Assembly (NCBI GenBank): GCA_965215885.1 | Contig: CBDCEW010000104.1 | Span: 160,001 to 224,000 of the forward strand | Reading direction: 5' to 3' | DNA length: 64,000 nt | Origin: Candidatus Moanibacter sp. | GTDB lineage: Bacteria > Verrucomicrobiota > Verrucomicrobiia > Opitutales > UBA2987 | Shown here: positions 19,012 to 28,651 of the stretch, piece after piece | Numbering within the stretch: the first letter of the stretch is position 1 | Layout: the number at the start of each line of letters is the position of its first letter | Program-made: the position numbers and the translations under genes | Notes under the pieces: model-generated | What the model was told of the DNA's origin: nothing | The model's database searches: none | The model's input: the letters and a program-made list of their open reading frames with translations, nothing else

Positions 19012-19419
19012 TCATTCGTGTCCATTCGCGGTTCCTTCCAATACCACTCTTTTCCACTCCAATTTTGCTCGTTTGAAATTTAGGATCAATCCGACTTTCA
19101 GCCCCGTAATCTTCAGATAATTGAGCATTTGCCCCATTTCGTGATCTCCGATCTGCTCAACAACTTTGGTGTCTACCACGATCTGGTCATACACGATGAG
19201 ATCGGGGATGTACTCGCCGACGCACACGCCCTTATAAAGCACATCGTATGTCTGTTGTTGGCTGACTGGTATATCCTTGAATCCAAACTCCACAACGAGC
19301 GCATTCTCATAAGGTTTCTCCAACAACCCATGACCGAGCTCATTTAGCACCTCCATGGCGCATCCTACAATCTGGAATGCTTCCTCCTTTAAGGGATATT
19401 CGCGTTCATTTGCGTTAAT
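19012..19419 (-). CDS. GxxExxY protein, copy 2 (equivalent start codon is ATT; start uncertain)
   Basis: About 6 aa differences from copy 1; start region overlaps the epimerase stop codon. Confidence 0.85.
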   Translation of the reverse strand: MNANEREYPLKEEAFQIVGCAMEVLNELGHGLLEKPYENALVVEFGFKDIPVSQQQTYDVLYKGVCVGEYIPDLIVYDQIVVDTKVVEQIGDHEMGQMLNYLKITGLKVGLILNFKRAKLEWKRVVLEGTANGHE

Positions 19420-20797
19420 CTGCGGTTCTCTTATGGAGTCCCAGTCCGGGCTCATACCATGGGCTGAGTATTGGCCCAGTATACTGATATCCCCTTGAGT
19501 CGAAGGGATCTTCTGCCAGAAGCAGCGGTGTATCCAGATCCAGGATACTGATTCCACCAAGCCCGAGAACGAGAGAGAACGAACAGCCCATCGCCACCCG
19601 GGTCTCGATCATTCCACCGATCATCAGACCGATGCCATGCGCCTTACAGAGAGTCGCAATGTCTATCGTTTCAAATAGACCGCTCTTGGTGATCTTCAGA
19701 TTGATGATATCCGCTGCCCCTTGCTCAATAACCCGCAATGCATCTTCCAGAGAAGACACAGACTCGTCGGCTGCGATTGGAAAGGCGGAGTTCTCACGAA
19801 CCTTTCTTAGCCCGTCGATATCGTAACGATCGACCGGTTGTTCGAAGGCCTCCACAGTTAAATCGATCGTCTCCAATCTTTTCGTAAAAGCAATTGCCTC
19901 GGTGGAAGTATATCCCTGGTTCGCGTCAATAATCAGGGATACGCCAGGATAACGTTCCGCCAAAGCGATGACGCGAGCGGCATCCTTCTCGATATCCAAT
20001 CCCACTTTTAACTTAAATTTGCGAAACCCCTTTTCGTGCCACTTTTCAGCGATCTGGAGTGAATCGCCAACATCCCTGATCGGAATAGTGATGTCGGTCT
20101 CGTGATCCCTGACATCAGCGCCACCCCAGAGCGCCCACAGTGGCAGCCCGCACCCGCGACTGAACGCATCAACAATTGCCGTTTCAAATCCACAGCGTAC
20201 CGCCGCAAATCGCGGAATCCGTGATCGGATCTCAGTCGAAATATTTCGAAAATAAGCTGCAATGTTCCCGATTACGAAATCCGCGATGTCGTTGGCGGCG
20301 TTGAGGCTGTCTTCCAGGGTCTCACCGGTCAGTTCGGGAAACGGCGCTATCTCACCGTACCCGATGCACCCGTTCTCCAGTTTCAGGTTAACGATTAAAT
20401 TCCGCGCCACGGTTACTTCCCCTTTTGCAACGGTAAAGGCATCCATTAGCGGCAGATCGATCGGTGATACCTCAACATTGGCGATCGTGAAGTCACGAAT
20501 CGCCGCAGATTCCCCGAATTCCGCCCTGTCTGGAGGGGAAGTTAGCTTTTTACGGGTGTCGCTCAAATTGTCCCCCACTACATCGAATTCATCATTGAAG
20601 AAAGAGCCAACCAAAAACGGGACTGAGATTGTGAGAGCGTCGTGTAAAGCTAAATGAACGTCCTGAATTTTCTGAAGGAGTCGGGCGAGGGTCATGCCGT
20701 CGATTTCGATTCTGGTGCAAAACCGCTCGATTTGAATACCGCGACTACGTTCTTGCGAACGCGGAGGGTTTTTCACCAGAATCCAATTTTTGGACAA
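19415..20797 (-). CDS. Dipeptide epimerase family, copy 2, with N-terminal extension (probable start ATG 20695 or later)
   Basis: Full enolase-superfamily motifs KFKLKVG, DANQGY, EQPV, DES, DLD, PGLG. Confidence 0.88.
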   Translation of the reverse strand: MSKNWILVKNPPRSQERSRGIQIERFCTRIEIDGMTLARLLQKIQDVHLALHDALTISVPFLVGSFFNDEFDVVGDNLSDTRKKLTSPPDRAEFGESAAIRDFTIANVEVSPIDLPLMDAFTVAKGEVTVARNLIVNLKLENGCIGYGEIAPFPELTGETLEDSLNAANDIADFVIGNIAAYFRNISTEIRSRIPRFAAVRCGFETAIVDAFSRGCGLPLWALWGGADVRDHETDITIPIRDVGDSLQIAEKWHEKGFRKFKLKVGLDIEKDAARVIALAERYPGVSLIIDANQGYTSTEAIAFTKRLETIDLTVEAFEQPVDRYDIDGLRKVRENSAFPIAADESVSSLEDALRVIEQGAADIINLKITKSGLFETIDIATLCKAHGIGLMIGGMIETRVAMGCSFSLVLGLGGISILDLDTPLLLAEDPFDSRGYQYTGPILSPWYEPGLGLHKRTAD

Positions 20798-21045
20798 ATA
20801 CAGCGGCCGGTTTGCCGAAGTAGGGCGGCAGTAGGCGGCAAATGATCGTACCGATTGCTGCTTTTTCGTCGAGACTTTCAGCTACGAGTGTCAGGTGTCG
20901 CTATACGATAGTATTTGTCGCCGATAGATACTGAATTCATGTTGTGTGGCTGGGAAATTCAGGATTCGATATCTGGATCTAAACCAGTATTCTTGGCTAC
21001 TTGAGGCCGTGGGAATGGAAAAATAGAAGCAATTAGGAAAAGGTC

Positions 21046-21876
21046 ATGGCGCGTCCAACAATGAATTGGATTCTCATAAGTACGATCAACGTGATGATCC
21101 TTGGAATCGTGTTGTTGCAGGGTGGTTGCAGGTCAATCGACAAAGTTACACCAGAACGCAGCATTCAAAAAGCCTGGCTAAAAGAGGGTCAGATCGATGC
21201 TTTTAATAAGGCTCTTCACGATGCTTTCGATGAATGGAAGAATGAGGGAGAGAATAAAAGAGAGTTCTTTGAATATGAGATTCTTGGGCCGCGCACGATC
21301 TACTCAGGGAATGATAGCGACGAATATCATTGGGAGATTTCCCACCCGGAGTATGTAAACGTGGTTTTGGCTGCACCAAGCGCAGTTGAGCCAGTAAACG
21401 AAACACTTACAAAGGTGAAGGTTGTTTCAAAAGACGTAGAAAATATCCGGCAATTCTCAATACGATTAGTTTGGACTTATGAAGTTGAAAAAAGGTTTTT
21501 TTCAGAAGTAATTCAGGTTAAGAGCGGGGAAAGGCCAGAACAAAGTGGTGATATTGAAGCTTGGTTTCAAGTGGAAGACTTTGCGAATGCAAGAAAGCAT
21601 TTTGGCTTAGTCTTTGCTGAGACGTTTTACTGTATCAAAGTCTTCCTGAAAAATGGATATGATGTCCCAGTGCGCGTTGATGCGGGTTCAATTGAGCTGC
21701 CGATATTTTATATCTCCAAAATGAGCGAGGAAACTAAGGATCCATATTCTTATCAATTCGGTTATTATCGGCAGTTTCGGAGAGGAGTATTTGCTTTTGA
21801 GTATGATAATATCATTTACAGGGTGGAGTCCGCATTTCGTGTACCTATGAATTTCACAGCAATTATTAATACATTT
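21046..21876 (+). pseudogene. Putative lipoprotein truncated by ISL3
   Basis: Hydrophobic leader ending LQGG-C; AT-rich; the frame runs into the IS at 21877. Confidence 0.6.
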
Positions 21877-23359
21877 GCCTCGTCAGCAGAATCTGTGGGT
21901 TATTTCGGGTTCAGGCAAGTCGCCCATGGTATGAAATAGGGCGATCTTAAGCACTTCGAAGCTCTTAAAGCCGTATGCTTTTCTGATAGTGAGATTTATA
22001 TTGCGGTTAAAGCCCTCCACAATGCCGCAGGAAAAGGCCTTTTTGGCCCGAAACCAGTTGAGGATGAGCGGCTCGTGTTTGCGCACCGAGCGCACGAACC
22101 TTTTGATCGGTTTGAGGCGCGAACGCATGGCGCGCGTGCACCATTTTTTCAGATACCATTGGGCCCAGTAGGGACTTTTATAATGCCACAAGAGCTGAAA
22201 GCTCTCCTTTAGTAGATAGGCCCGCACGCTCTTCAGATCGTATTGGAGCACCTCCTTGAGGCGGATCTGTTGGGTGGGGGTGAGATTTTGCGGATTTTTC
22301 AAGAAACAGTATTTGCTTTTGACCAGCACGTTGATGTAGCCGTCCCGTTGCAATCGCCTGGCTTCCGCAGCACGAATCTCATTGAGGGCCTTGTTCAGGT
22401 TGGCTACCAAGTGGAAGCGATCGAGGATGTGCAGCGCCTGGGGTGCCTTTTTCTTGATCACTTTGAGGTAAGGCTTCCACAGATCCGAGCAGACGTAGAG
22501 GATCTGGCTGCTCTTTTGCGCTCCCAATTCCCAGAAAAAACGCAAGAGCGATTTTACGTTGCGCTTATTGAATACGCCCAATAGCCGCCGCCGCCCCTCG
22601 TCAAGCTGGTAGACCACGGTGAGATAGTGATGGCCTCGATGATACTGCACCTCATCGACTCCGATCGCCTCAATCCCGCTCATATCGCGCCGTTTGAGCC
22701 CCCAACGCACCATCGCCTCGACCGACTCGAAGACGTTGCGCCAGTTCGTGCGAAAAACCCTTGCCGTCTCTTCCCAGCTCAAGCGCCTCGCCCACTGGGC
22801 CAGAAACCATTGCATTGGCCAACTCAGATGACTCTTGCCCTTGGCCCAGGGCACCTCTTCGACCTTCACCCCGCACCGCCGGCAATTGACCCGCCGCATG
22901 CGGTAACGAAAATACACCTTCATCCCCCACAAGGGCACAAATTCAAAATGCCTCGCCTCGCTCATGTGGTCGTAGCCGCTGGCCGTCCGGCCACACCCCG
23001 AACAGCACACCCGACTATTCTTGCGCGGCTCAATCTGCACCACAATCGCCTCCTCCGATTTCACCATTTCCATACTCGCCTTTGCGTAAACAAAGCTCTT
23101 GAGCCAATAGCACCGATTCAGTAGCGTTTTGATGAGCACTGGGTCCTCCGTGTTCAGGATGTATTTTCGGTACTACTTTCATCCTCGGAACGGCCCGGTG
23201 CTTCAACCTTTCAATCCCATATGCAAAGAAAACACCGACCAGCCCCTCCGGCTGTGGAGGAGCGGGATTCAGGGCAGCGCCCTGACTTCTCCTTGTGCTC
23301 ACCGACTCTATTTCCTCTTGTAAGCGACGTTACCCACCCACAGATTCTGCTGTAGACCC
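21877..23359 (-). mobile_element. ISL3-family element, copy 1 (1483 bp, no target duplication)
   Basis: IRs GCCTCGTCAGCAGAATCTGTGGGT / ACCCACAGATTCTGCTGTAGACCC; appears identical to 32330-33812. Confidence 0.95.
21883..23139 (-). CDS. ISL3 transposase
   Basis: Zn-finger CSGC/CRRC, IGVDE, CSDLW, LDRFH, VEGFN, RKAYGF. Confidence 0.95.
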   Translation of the reverse strand: MLIKTLLNRCYWLKSFVYAKASMEMVKSEEAIVVQIEPRKNSRVCCSGCGRTASGYDHMSEARHFEFVPLWGMKVYFRYRMRRVNCRRCGVKVEEVPWAKGKSHLSWPMQWFLAQWARRLSWEETARVFRTNWRNVFESVEAMVRWGLKRRDMSGIEAIGVDEVQYHRGHHYLTVVYQLDEGRRRLLGVFNKRNVKSLLRFFWELGAQKSSQILYVCSDLWKPYLKVIKKKAPQALHILDRFHLVANLNKALNEIRAAEARRLQRDGYINVLVKSKYCFLKNPQNLTPTQQIRLKEVLQYDLKSVRAYLLKESFQLLWHYKSPYWAQWYLKKWCTRAMRSRLKPIKRFVRSVRKHEPLILNWFRAKKAFSCGIVEGFNRNINLTIRKAYGFKSFEVLKIALFHTMGDLPEPEITHRFC

Positions 23360-23422
23360 AAAAAATTAAGTTCTGATGGATTGTAGTTCAAACAGTCCCA
23401 AACATCTACATGATTTGCTTGT

Positions 23423-23899
23423 ATGTCAGAGGATGATAAGTGTAGCGAAGTAGAGTATTTCGATCCCGCCGCAACGGTCGCCGCTGTGATGTTTGAGGAG
23501 ATGGATGGACTGACTCATGTGCTGTTAACTCGAAGGGAGGGAGAGCCTTTTCGAGACATGTGGTGTTTCCCAGGCGGCCATATCGACAAATTCGAACAGT
23601 CTGATCAAGCGATCGATCGGGAGGTCCGGGAGGAAACCGGGCTCAGTTTTAGCGGGGAAACCTTCGGATCATTTGATGAGATTTTCCCGAGTCTTGGTAT
23701 TCACAACGTGGTTATTGCCTACGCGGGGAGAGGAACCGGTGAGCTTGTTGCGCAAGAAACAGAAGTTAGTGAAATCAAATGGGTTCCGCTGTCAAAGGCG
23801 CTTGAGATGGATTTGGCGTTTACACACAAAAAGGTGCTGGATGCGTTTATTCGTTGGCACATTCAAACTGCAACGCCCTCACATGGAGAAGAGAATTGA
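23423..23899 (+). CDS. NUDIX hydrolase
   Basis: Nudix box PGGHIDKFEQSDQAIDREVREETGL; LAFTH. Confidence 0.92.
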   Translation: MSEDDKCSEVEYFDPAATVAAVMFEEMDGLTHVLLTRREGEPFRDMWCFPGGHIDKFEQSDQAIDREVREETGLSFSGETFGSFDEIFPSLGIHNVVIAYAGRGTGELVAQETEVSEIKWVPLSKALEMDLAFTHKKVLDAFIRWHIQTATPSHGEEN

Positions 23900-24240
23900 T
23901 TAGCGTGAGAATATTCAGCCGAATGTGAAAGGAACTCAGGAAAGCGTGACAATACGGAGGGATGAAGAAAGATAGCCCTTCGACGGTTCGACAAGCTCAC
24001 CGCAGGCAGAGCTCAGGACAGGCCGCAAAAATGCGCAAGAAAAACGCAAAAACCTGACGGTATTGTTTTGCGCCTCTTTGTGGCAAAAATGAATCCAGCC
24101 GTGGTAAACTTCAACAGTGCGAATGTGAGGTTAACGCAGCGAAACAACGGAAACTGTGAACAATTCTGCTCTACACAAGCCGGCCTGCCTGCCTCCTTTG
24201 TGAGTGCGGTGATTATCTGCGAATAGGAAATTTGGCCGGA

Positions 24241-24660
24241 ATGGGAAAAATTGAAAACCCTGAGGTTGCTGCAGTATTCGATAACTACCCGGAGCGGATG
24301 CGTGAGAGACTGATGCTCCTTCGGCGGTTGGTTATTGATACAGCATCAGAGACGGAGGGCGTCGGCAGCCTCGAGGAAACGCTGAGATGGGGTGAACCGA
24401 GTTATCTGTCTAAGGGTGGTAGCACAATCCGAATGGACTGGAAGGAGTCCAAACCGGATCAATATGCCCTGTATTTTCATTGTAGAACAAGGCTGGTTGA
24501 AACGTTCAGGGAACTCTATGGTGGCATGTTCCGGTTTGAGGACAACCGGGCAATTGTATTTGATGAAGACGAGGAGATCCCAGTTAAGGAATTGAAGCAC
24601 TGTATTTCGTTGTCCCTCACTTACCATCGTAGAAAGCACCTGCCAATGTTAGGCGTATGA
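24241..24660 (+). CDS. DUF1801 (YdhG-like) domain protein
   Basis: ETLRWGEPSY, GSTIRMDW, YFHCRT, NRAI, LTYH. Confidence 0.8.
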   Translation: MGKIENPEVAAVFDNYPERMRERLMLLRRLVIDTASETEGVGSLEETLRWGEPSYLSKGGSTIRMDWKESKPDQYALYFHCRTRLVETFRELYGGMFRFEDNRAIVFDEDEEIPVKELKHCISLSLTYHRRKHLPMLGV

Positions 24661-24663
24661 ATC

Positions 24664-25209
24664 ATGCGAACACTGGAGGTTCGAAGACATACCATGAGGA
24701 GTAAGCCGGGTGCGCATCTATCCCAGGACGGAATAGAGCTTGCCAGGCTCGTTGGCAGCACATCCGGTCCATTCAGCCTGGTGGTAACAAGCACGATCCC
24801 ACGGGCGGTAGAAACGGCAATCTCGATGGGGTTCGAAGTCCATGAGACTCTCGACGCCCTCGGACATCCCCTTAAAGATGAAGTCTTTGATGAAGTAGGC
24901 TGGCCAAGTCCCTTCGCTCTGGTTGCGCAGGCTGTAGCCTCGGGGGGGCAAGTTGCGAATTTCGCCGAAGAGCAAGCGAGGCTGTGGTGGAGTGTGGTGG
25001 AACGGATCCCGGATTCCCAACAAGCGCTTATTGTCACCCACGGATGTTTTGTGGAGCTAGGGGCGGTGGCAAGCGCGCCCGAGGCTGACCACGGAGCGTG
25101 GGGAGACGCAATCGGATACTGCGAGGGCGTACGGCTGAGCTATGATGGCGATTCTCGACACGGCCAGATTCTACGTGTGCCCGAGGAGTATCACCTGATT
25201 GAGAATTGA
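24664..25209 (+). CDS. Histidine phosphatase / phosphoglycerate mutase-like protein
   Basis: RRH motif, LSQDG, SxxPRAVETA, LIVTHG. Confidence 0.8.
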   Translation: MRTLEVRRHTMRSKPGAHLSQDGIELARLVGSTSGPFSLVVTSTIPRAVETAISMGFEVHETLDALGHPLKDEVFDEVGWPSPFALVAQAVASGGQVANFAEEQARLWWSVVERIPDSQQALIVTHGCFVELGAVASAPEADHGAWGDAIGYCEGVRLSYDGDSRHGQILRVPEEYHLIEN

Positions 25210-25248
25210 ATCCATAGTCTCAATCGCCTTCGAAAGGGCGGAAATAAA

Positions 25249-25935
25249 ATGATCCGCGAAATCTGCTACTTCATTCGATACGGTCCGAGGATCAAAAGAC
25301 TGCAGGTAGAATTGGGTCTTGCTGAGTTCCTGAAGAGAGTTTCGAAGGAACTCGACGCCGATGGTTTCGACGAGCTCCGGACGAGCCTCGTGGGCGATCT
25401 CGAAGGGGATATTCTGGAAATCGGAACAGGTACCGGGGCGACGTTTCCCTATTACAAAGAGAATGCCAGGGTCACTGCGATGGAACCGGATGAGGAACTC
25501 TGTGCTGCGGCAGAGGAGGCCGCGAAGAGCGGTGTCGCCCAGATAGAGGTCATTTCCGGAGTGGGGGAAGACCTCCCTTTTGAAGAGGGAACCTTCGATG
25601 TGGTATGCGCTTCGAACGTCCTCTGCAGTGTCGACTCACCATCAAAGACCCTGGAGGAGTTTAAACGGGTCCTTCGACCAGGAGGGGAAGTCCGTTTGAT
25701 CGAACACGTCCGCAGTGAACATTGGCTGGCTGGGCCGCTGATGGATCTTTCTAACCCGGTTTGGCTCCGTTTAAACAAAATAGGCTGCAATCTGAATCGC
25801 AGGACGGTGGAATATGTTGAGACCGCGGGCTTCAAGATCAGATCGGTCGAGCCGTTCAAGATATATTCCAAGGCTGCGCCGGCGGCGTTCCCGGGGCGAC
25901 TCATTAAGGCTGAGCGACCGGGAGAAGAAAACTGA
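25249..25935 (+). CDS. Class I SAM-dependent methyltransferase
   Basis: ILEIGTGTG, LPFEEGTFDVV, RVLRPGG. Confidence 0.92.
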   Translation: MIREICYFIRYGPRIKRLQVELGLAEFLKRVSKELDADGFDELRTSLVGDLEGDILEIGTGTGATFPYYKENARVTAMEPDEELCAAAEEAAKSGVAQIEVISGVGEDLPFEEGTFDVVCASNVLCSVDSPSKTLEEFKRVLRPGGEVRLIEHVRSEHWLAGPLMDLSNPVWLRLNKIGCNLNRRTVEYVETAGFKIRSVEPFKIYSKAAPAAFPGRLIKAERPGEEN

Positions 25936-26190
25936 ATCCCGGCGCGCCGGGAGAAACAGAGGGAAACGGAGAGGAATGAGCGAAGAAAAATATGCCCACG
26001 GATGGCTCCGCAGTACCACGGATCTGCCGTAGAGCAGACTCTACGAGATTTAACTTGGTAATTCCCCGTTAGATGTGTGAAGTTTGCGGGTTAACGCCCC
26101 GCTTGACGGCGATAATTGAGTTCTGCATAACAGTAGACGCTCAAACTGACCATTATTCGTCTGTGCTCCATAGCGGCAGGTGACTCGTTC

Positions 26191-26691
26191 ATGGAGAAGA
26201 GAAACGTGAAAGAGAAAGCAGAACCCTCAGGAATCGGAGGATGGCTTATCCTGCCGATGTTGGGATTGATAATCACGCCGATACGCCTGGGACGGTTGTT
26301 GCTGACTATTTATGTCCCAATCTTCACTGATGGGTCTTGGGAGGTTTTGACGACTCCAGGAAGCGAGGCATACCACCATCTTTGGGCGCCCCTGTTGATA
26401 TTTGAAGTCGCCGGGAATATAGCATTTTCACTTTTTGCGGTAATCCTTCTCATCCTTCTATTTCGGAAGCACTATACACTTCCGAAATGGATGATCGTTT
26501 TCTACGCGACGAATCTTGCATTCGTTGGGATTGATTTGTTTGCGGCTAACTTCATTCCTGTTGTTGCAGCCGCACAGGATCCTGAATCATGGAGGGATTT
26601 GTTTGGAGGGTTAGTTGCGGCCGCTATTTGGATACCCTACTTTAAGAAATCGGTCAGGGTGCGGAATACTTTTACGAAAGGAATGGAATGA
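26191..26691 (+). CDS. DUF2569-like membrane protein
   Basis: GIGGWLILP, four hydrophobic segments, IWIPYFKKSVRVRNTF. Confidence 0.8.
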   Translation: MEKRNVKEKAEPSGIGGWLILPMLGLIITPIRLGRLLLTIYVPIFTDGSWEVLTTPGSEAYHHLWAPLLIFEVAGNIAFSLFAVILLILLFRKHYTLPKWMIVFYATNLAFVGIDLFAANFIPVVAAAQDPESWRDLFGGLVAAAIWIPYFKKSVRVRNTFTKGME

Positions 26692-26891
26692 TTGCGCCCC
26701 GAAAACGACGGGAGTCGATGGAATTTATCCTGGCTGGGCGATCGTTATATACGGAACGTGGGAAGTGTGATTTCTGCGGCAGGACTAACGCTCGCGTAAG
26801 AAGAGAAATCGAGACTGAGATTCCTTCAGTGGAGGGCTCTCGACTTGCCATGATTTGTGAAAGCTGCGACAAAGTGGCGGCCGCGGGTTAA
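26688..26891 (+). CDS. Small putative zinc-finger protein
   Basis: CDFC...CESC; ATGA overlap with the upstream gene. Confidence 0.45.
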   Translation: MIAPRKRRESMEFILAGRSLYTERGKCDFCGRTNARVRREIETEIPSVEGSRLAMICESCDKVAAAG

Positions 26892-26940
26892 GTAACGAAA
26901 CTGCGGGACAGAAGAGGGCTGCAGAGGGTCCTCGCGCAGC

Positions 26941-27306
26941 AGAGCCGCAACCAAGAAAGAAAAAGAGAACCGCAAATGGACGCAAATGAACGCGAATAAA
27001 GAGGAAGGCACCACGGATTCGAGCCGTCTTCGCTGCGCTGCGCCGTGCGATGGAAAACCGCAGATTTGATGAAGAGGGATTCCCAACGGTTCGACAGGCT
27101 CACCCGAACTCATAAACAGTGAGGAGATTCTTGATCGAATCGAGAAGGTAACTCGGAATACTCTGGTAACCTTGCATGCCTCGGCAAAGCAGAGCGACGA
27201 CGGGTCCCGAACCTCGCCCCGAACCTTGTCGGCCCCACAACTTGGAATACCAACATGTTACACTCCAAAACGTGTTCAAAAAACTAAGTTCTGACGGATA
27301 GTAATA
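26941..27306 (+). repeat. ~340-365-bp composite intergenic repeat
   Basis: Near-identical to 36951-37288. Confidence 0.85.
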
Positions 27307-27620
27307 CAGAGCGACACTGAGAACTACCGAGGCACACTGAGCAGACCAAGGTGGACGAAGTGGAAAGGTTGCGGTGACCAGTAATCTTTTGGGGCCGTGG
27401 GCCTATGGAAGAGAAGAGGGCCCTTGTGCAGCGTAGCCGCCCTGCGACCCGTGGAGCGGGATCAGGGCCCTAAGCCTGCCGAACGTGCAACCAAAAAGAA
27501 GAAGAGAACCGCAAAATGCATAGAAGCTACGGGAAAAGAATCTGTTCCACCCTCCAAAGGATCCAAGGACCCAAAAAATACCATAGACAGGAGGCGGCAA
27601 TTGGTTAATCGTATTGCCTC

Positions 27621-28430
27621 ATGAAAACAGTCATCATCAATGCCGTAATTTCTATAGTCGTAGTTCTGCTGGCCGTATTTTCGGTGCTCGCCCATATTGA
27701 AGGCACCTATGCGACGAAAGATGAGTTGGTGCCTTTTGCGGAGAAGGAAGGGCTCACTCAATTTCTCACGGAGAGGGCGCTGGAGCCCTATGCCCGGAAG
27801 GAACAGCTGAAAGGATTGGCGCTCGATACGAACATTGCGGAAACGCGCGAGGATCTCAATGAGGTGATTGACGCGTTTAGTCAGTTGAAGGGTGAAGTGG
27901 CCGGCCTGAAGGCGCTTGAAGAGGAGATGGCTGTTCTGGAGAAGGCGCAGGGAGCGTTAGCGGGGAAGTTTGAGCGTCTCCCGGGCGCGGAGACGTATCA
28001 ACCTCCGGTTGGGGCAGTGATCGCTTCGCTCTTTTCGGAGAAGGAATTTCAATCGCAGTACGGTGAAGGTTGGGTAACGGCCGACGGGCGCGCCGTGGAA
28101 GGGAGTCGGTATGAGAAACTCTCCGGGAAGGCAAACATTCCGGATTTACGTGGAGTCTTTCTTCGGGGCAAGAACTACGACCGCGCCAAAGACAGCGGGA
28201 ATCCGGACGGGGATCTCACAGTGGGCACGTTTCAAACCGACATGTTCCAGCAGCATACCCACAGCTTTAATCGAGGTAAGGGCAGAGAGGGACCGTTGCC
28301 GTCCGTAGGCGAGGATGTCGGTATCGACGTCGGGAAGACACTCGGGGTGGATAGGACGAAAGGCATTCGTGTCGGCTTTGAAAACCGTCCGAGGAATGTG
28401 ACGGTGAATTTCTTTGTTCGGATAAACTGA
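27621..28430 (+). CDS. Membrane-anchored coiled-coil protein with C-terminal phage tail-collar-like domain
   Basis: N-terminal TM helix; PVGAVI, GWVTADG, PDLRGVFLRG, QQHTH, ENRPRNVTVNFFVRIN. Confidence 0.75.
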   Translation: MKTVIINAVISIVVVLLAVFSVLAHIEGTYATKDELVPFAEKEGLTQFLTERALEPYARKEQLKGLALDTNIAETREDLNEVIDAFSQLKGEVAGLKALEEEMAVLEKAQGALAGKFERLPGAETYQPPVGAVIASLFSEKEFQSQYGEGWVTADGRAVEGSRYEKLSGKANIPDLRGVFLRGKNYDRAKDSGNPDGDLTVGTFQTDMFQQHTHSFNRGKGREGPLPSVGEDVGIDVGKTLGVDRTKGIRVGFENRPRNVTVNFFVRIN

Positions 28431-28651
28431 CCGCGGATGACGCGGATTTACACGTATGAGAGAGGGGAGCTTGTTCAAACTTCCCATCGTGACGCATAAT
28501 CCATTCGGCAAGCTCATGGCAGGCTGTGATCTAAATTCGAAAGAGGAAAAGATCGACTGGAGATCACGATTGAGAGGCACGATAGGAAAGGTTCTCATTT
28601 TCTCTGTGCCCCTCTGTGCTTCTCGGTGTGCTCTGTGGCCTCTCTTCTGTC

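Noticed and set aside
27621..28430. Prophage
   Set aside because: Only one tail-collar-like gene; no integrase, terminase, capsid or lysis genes
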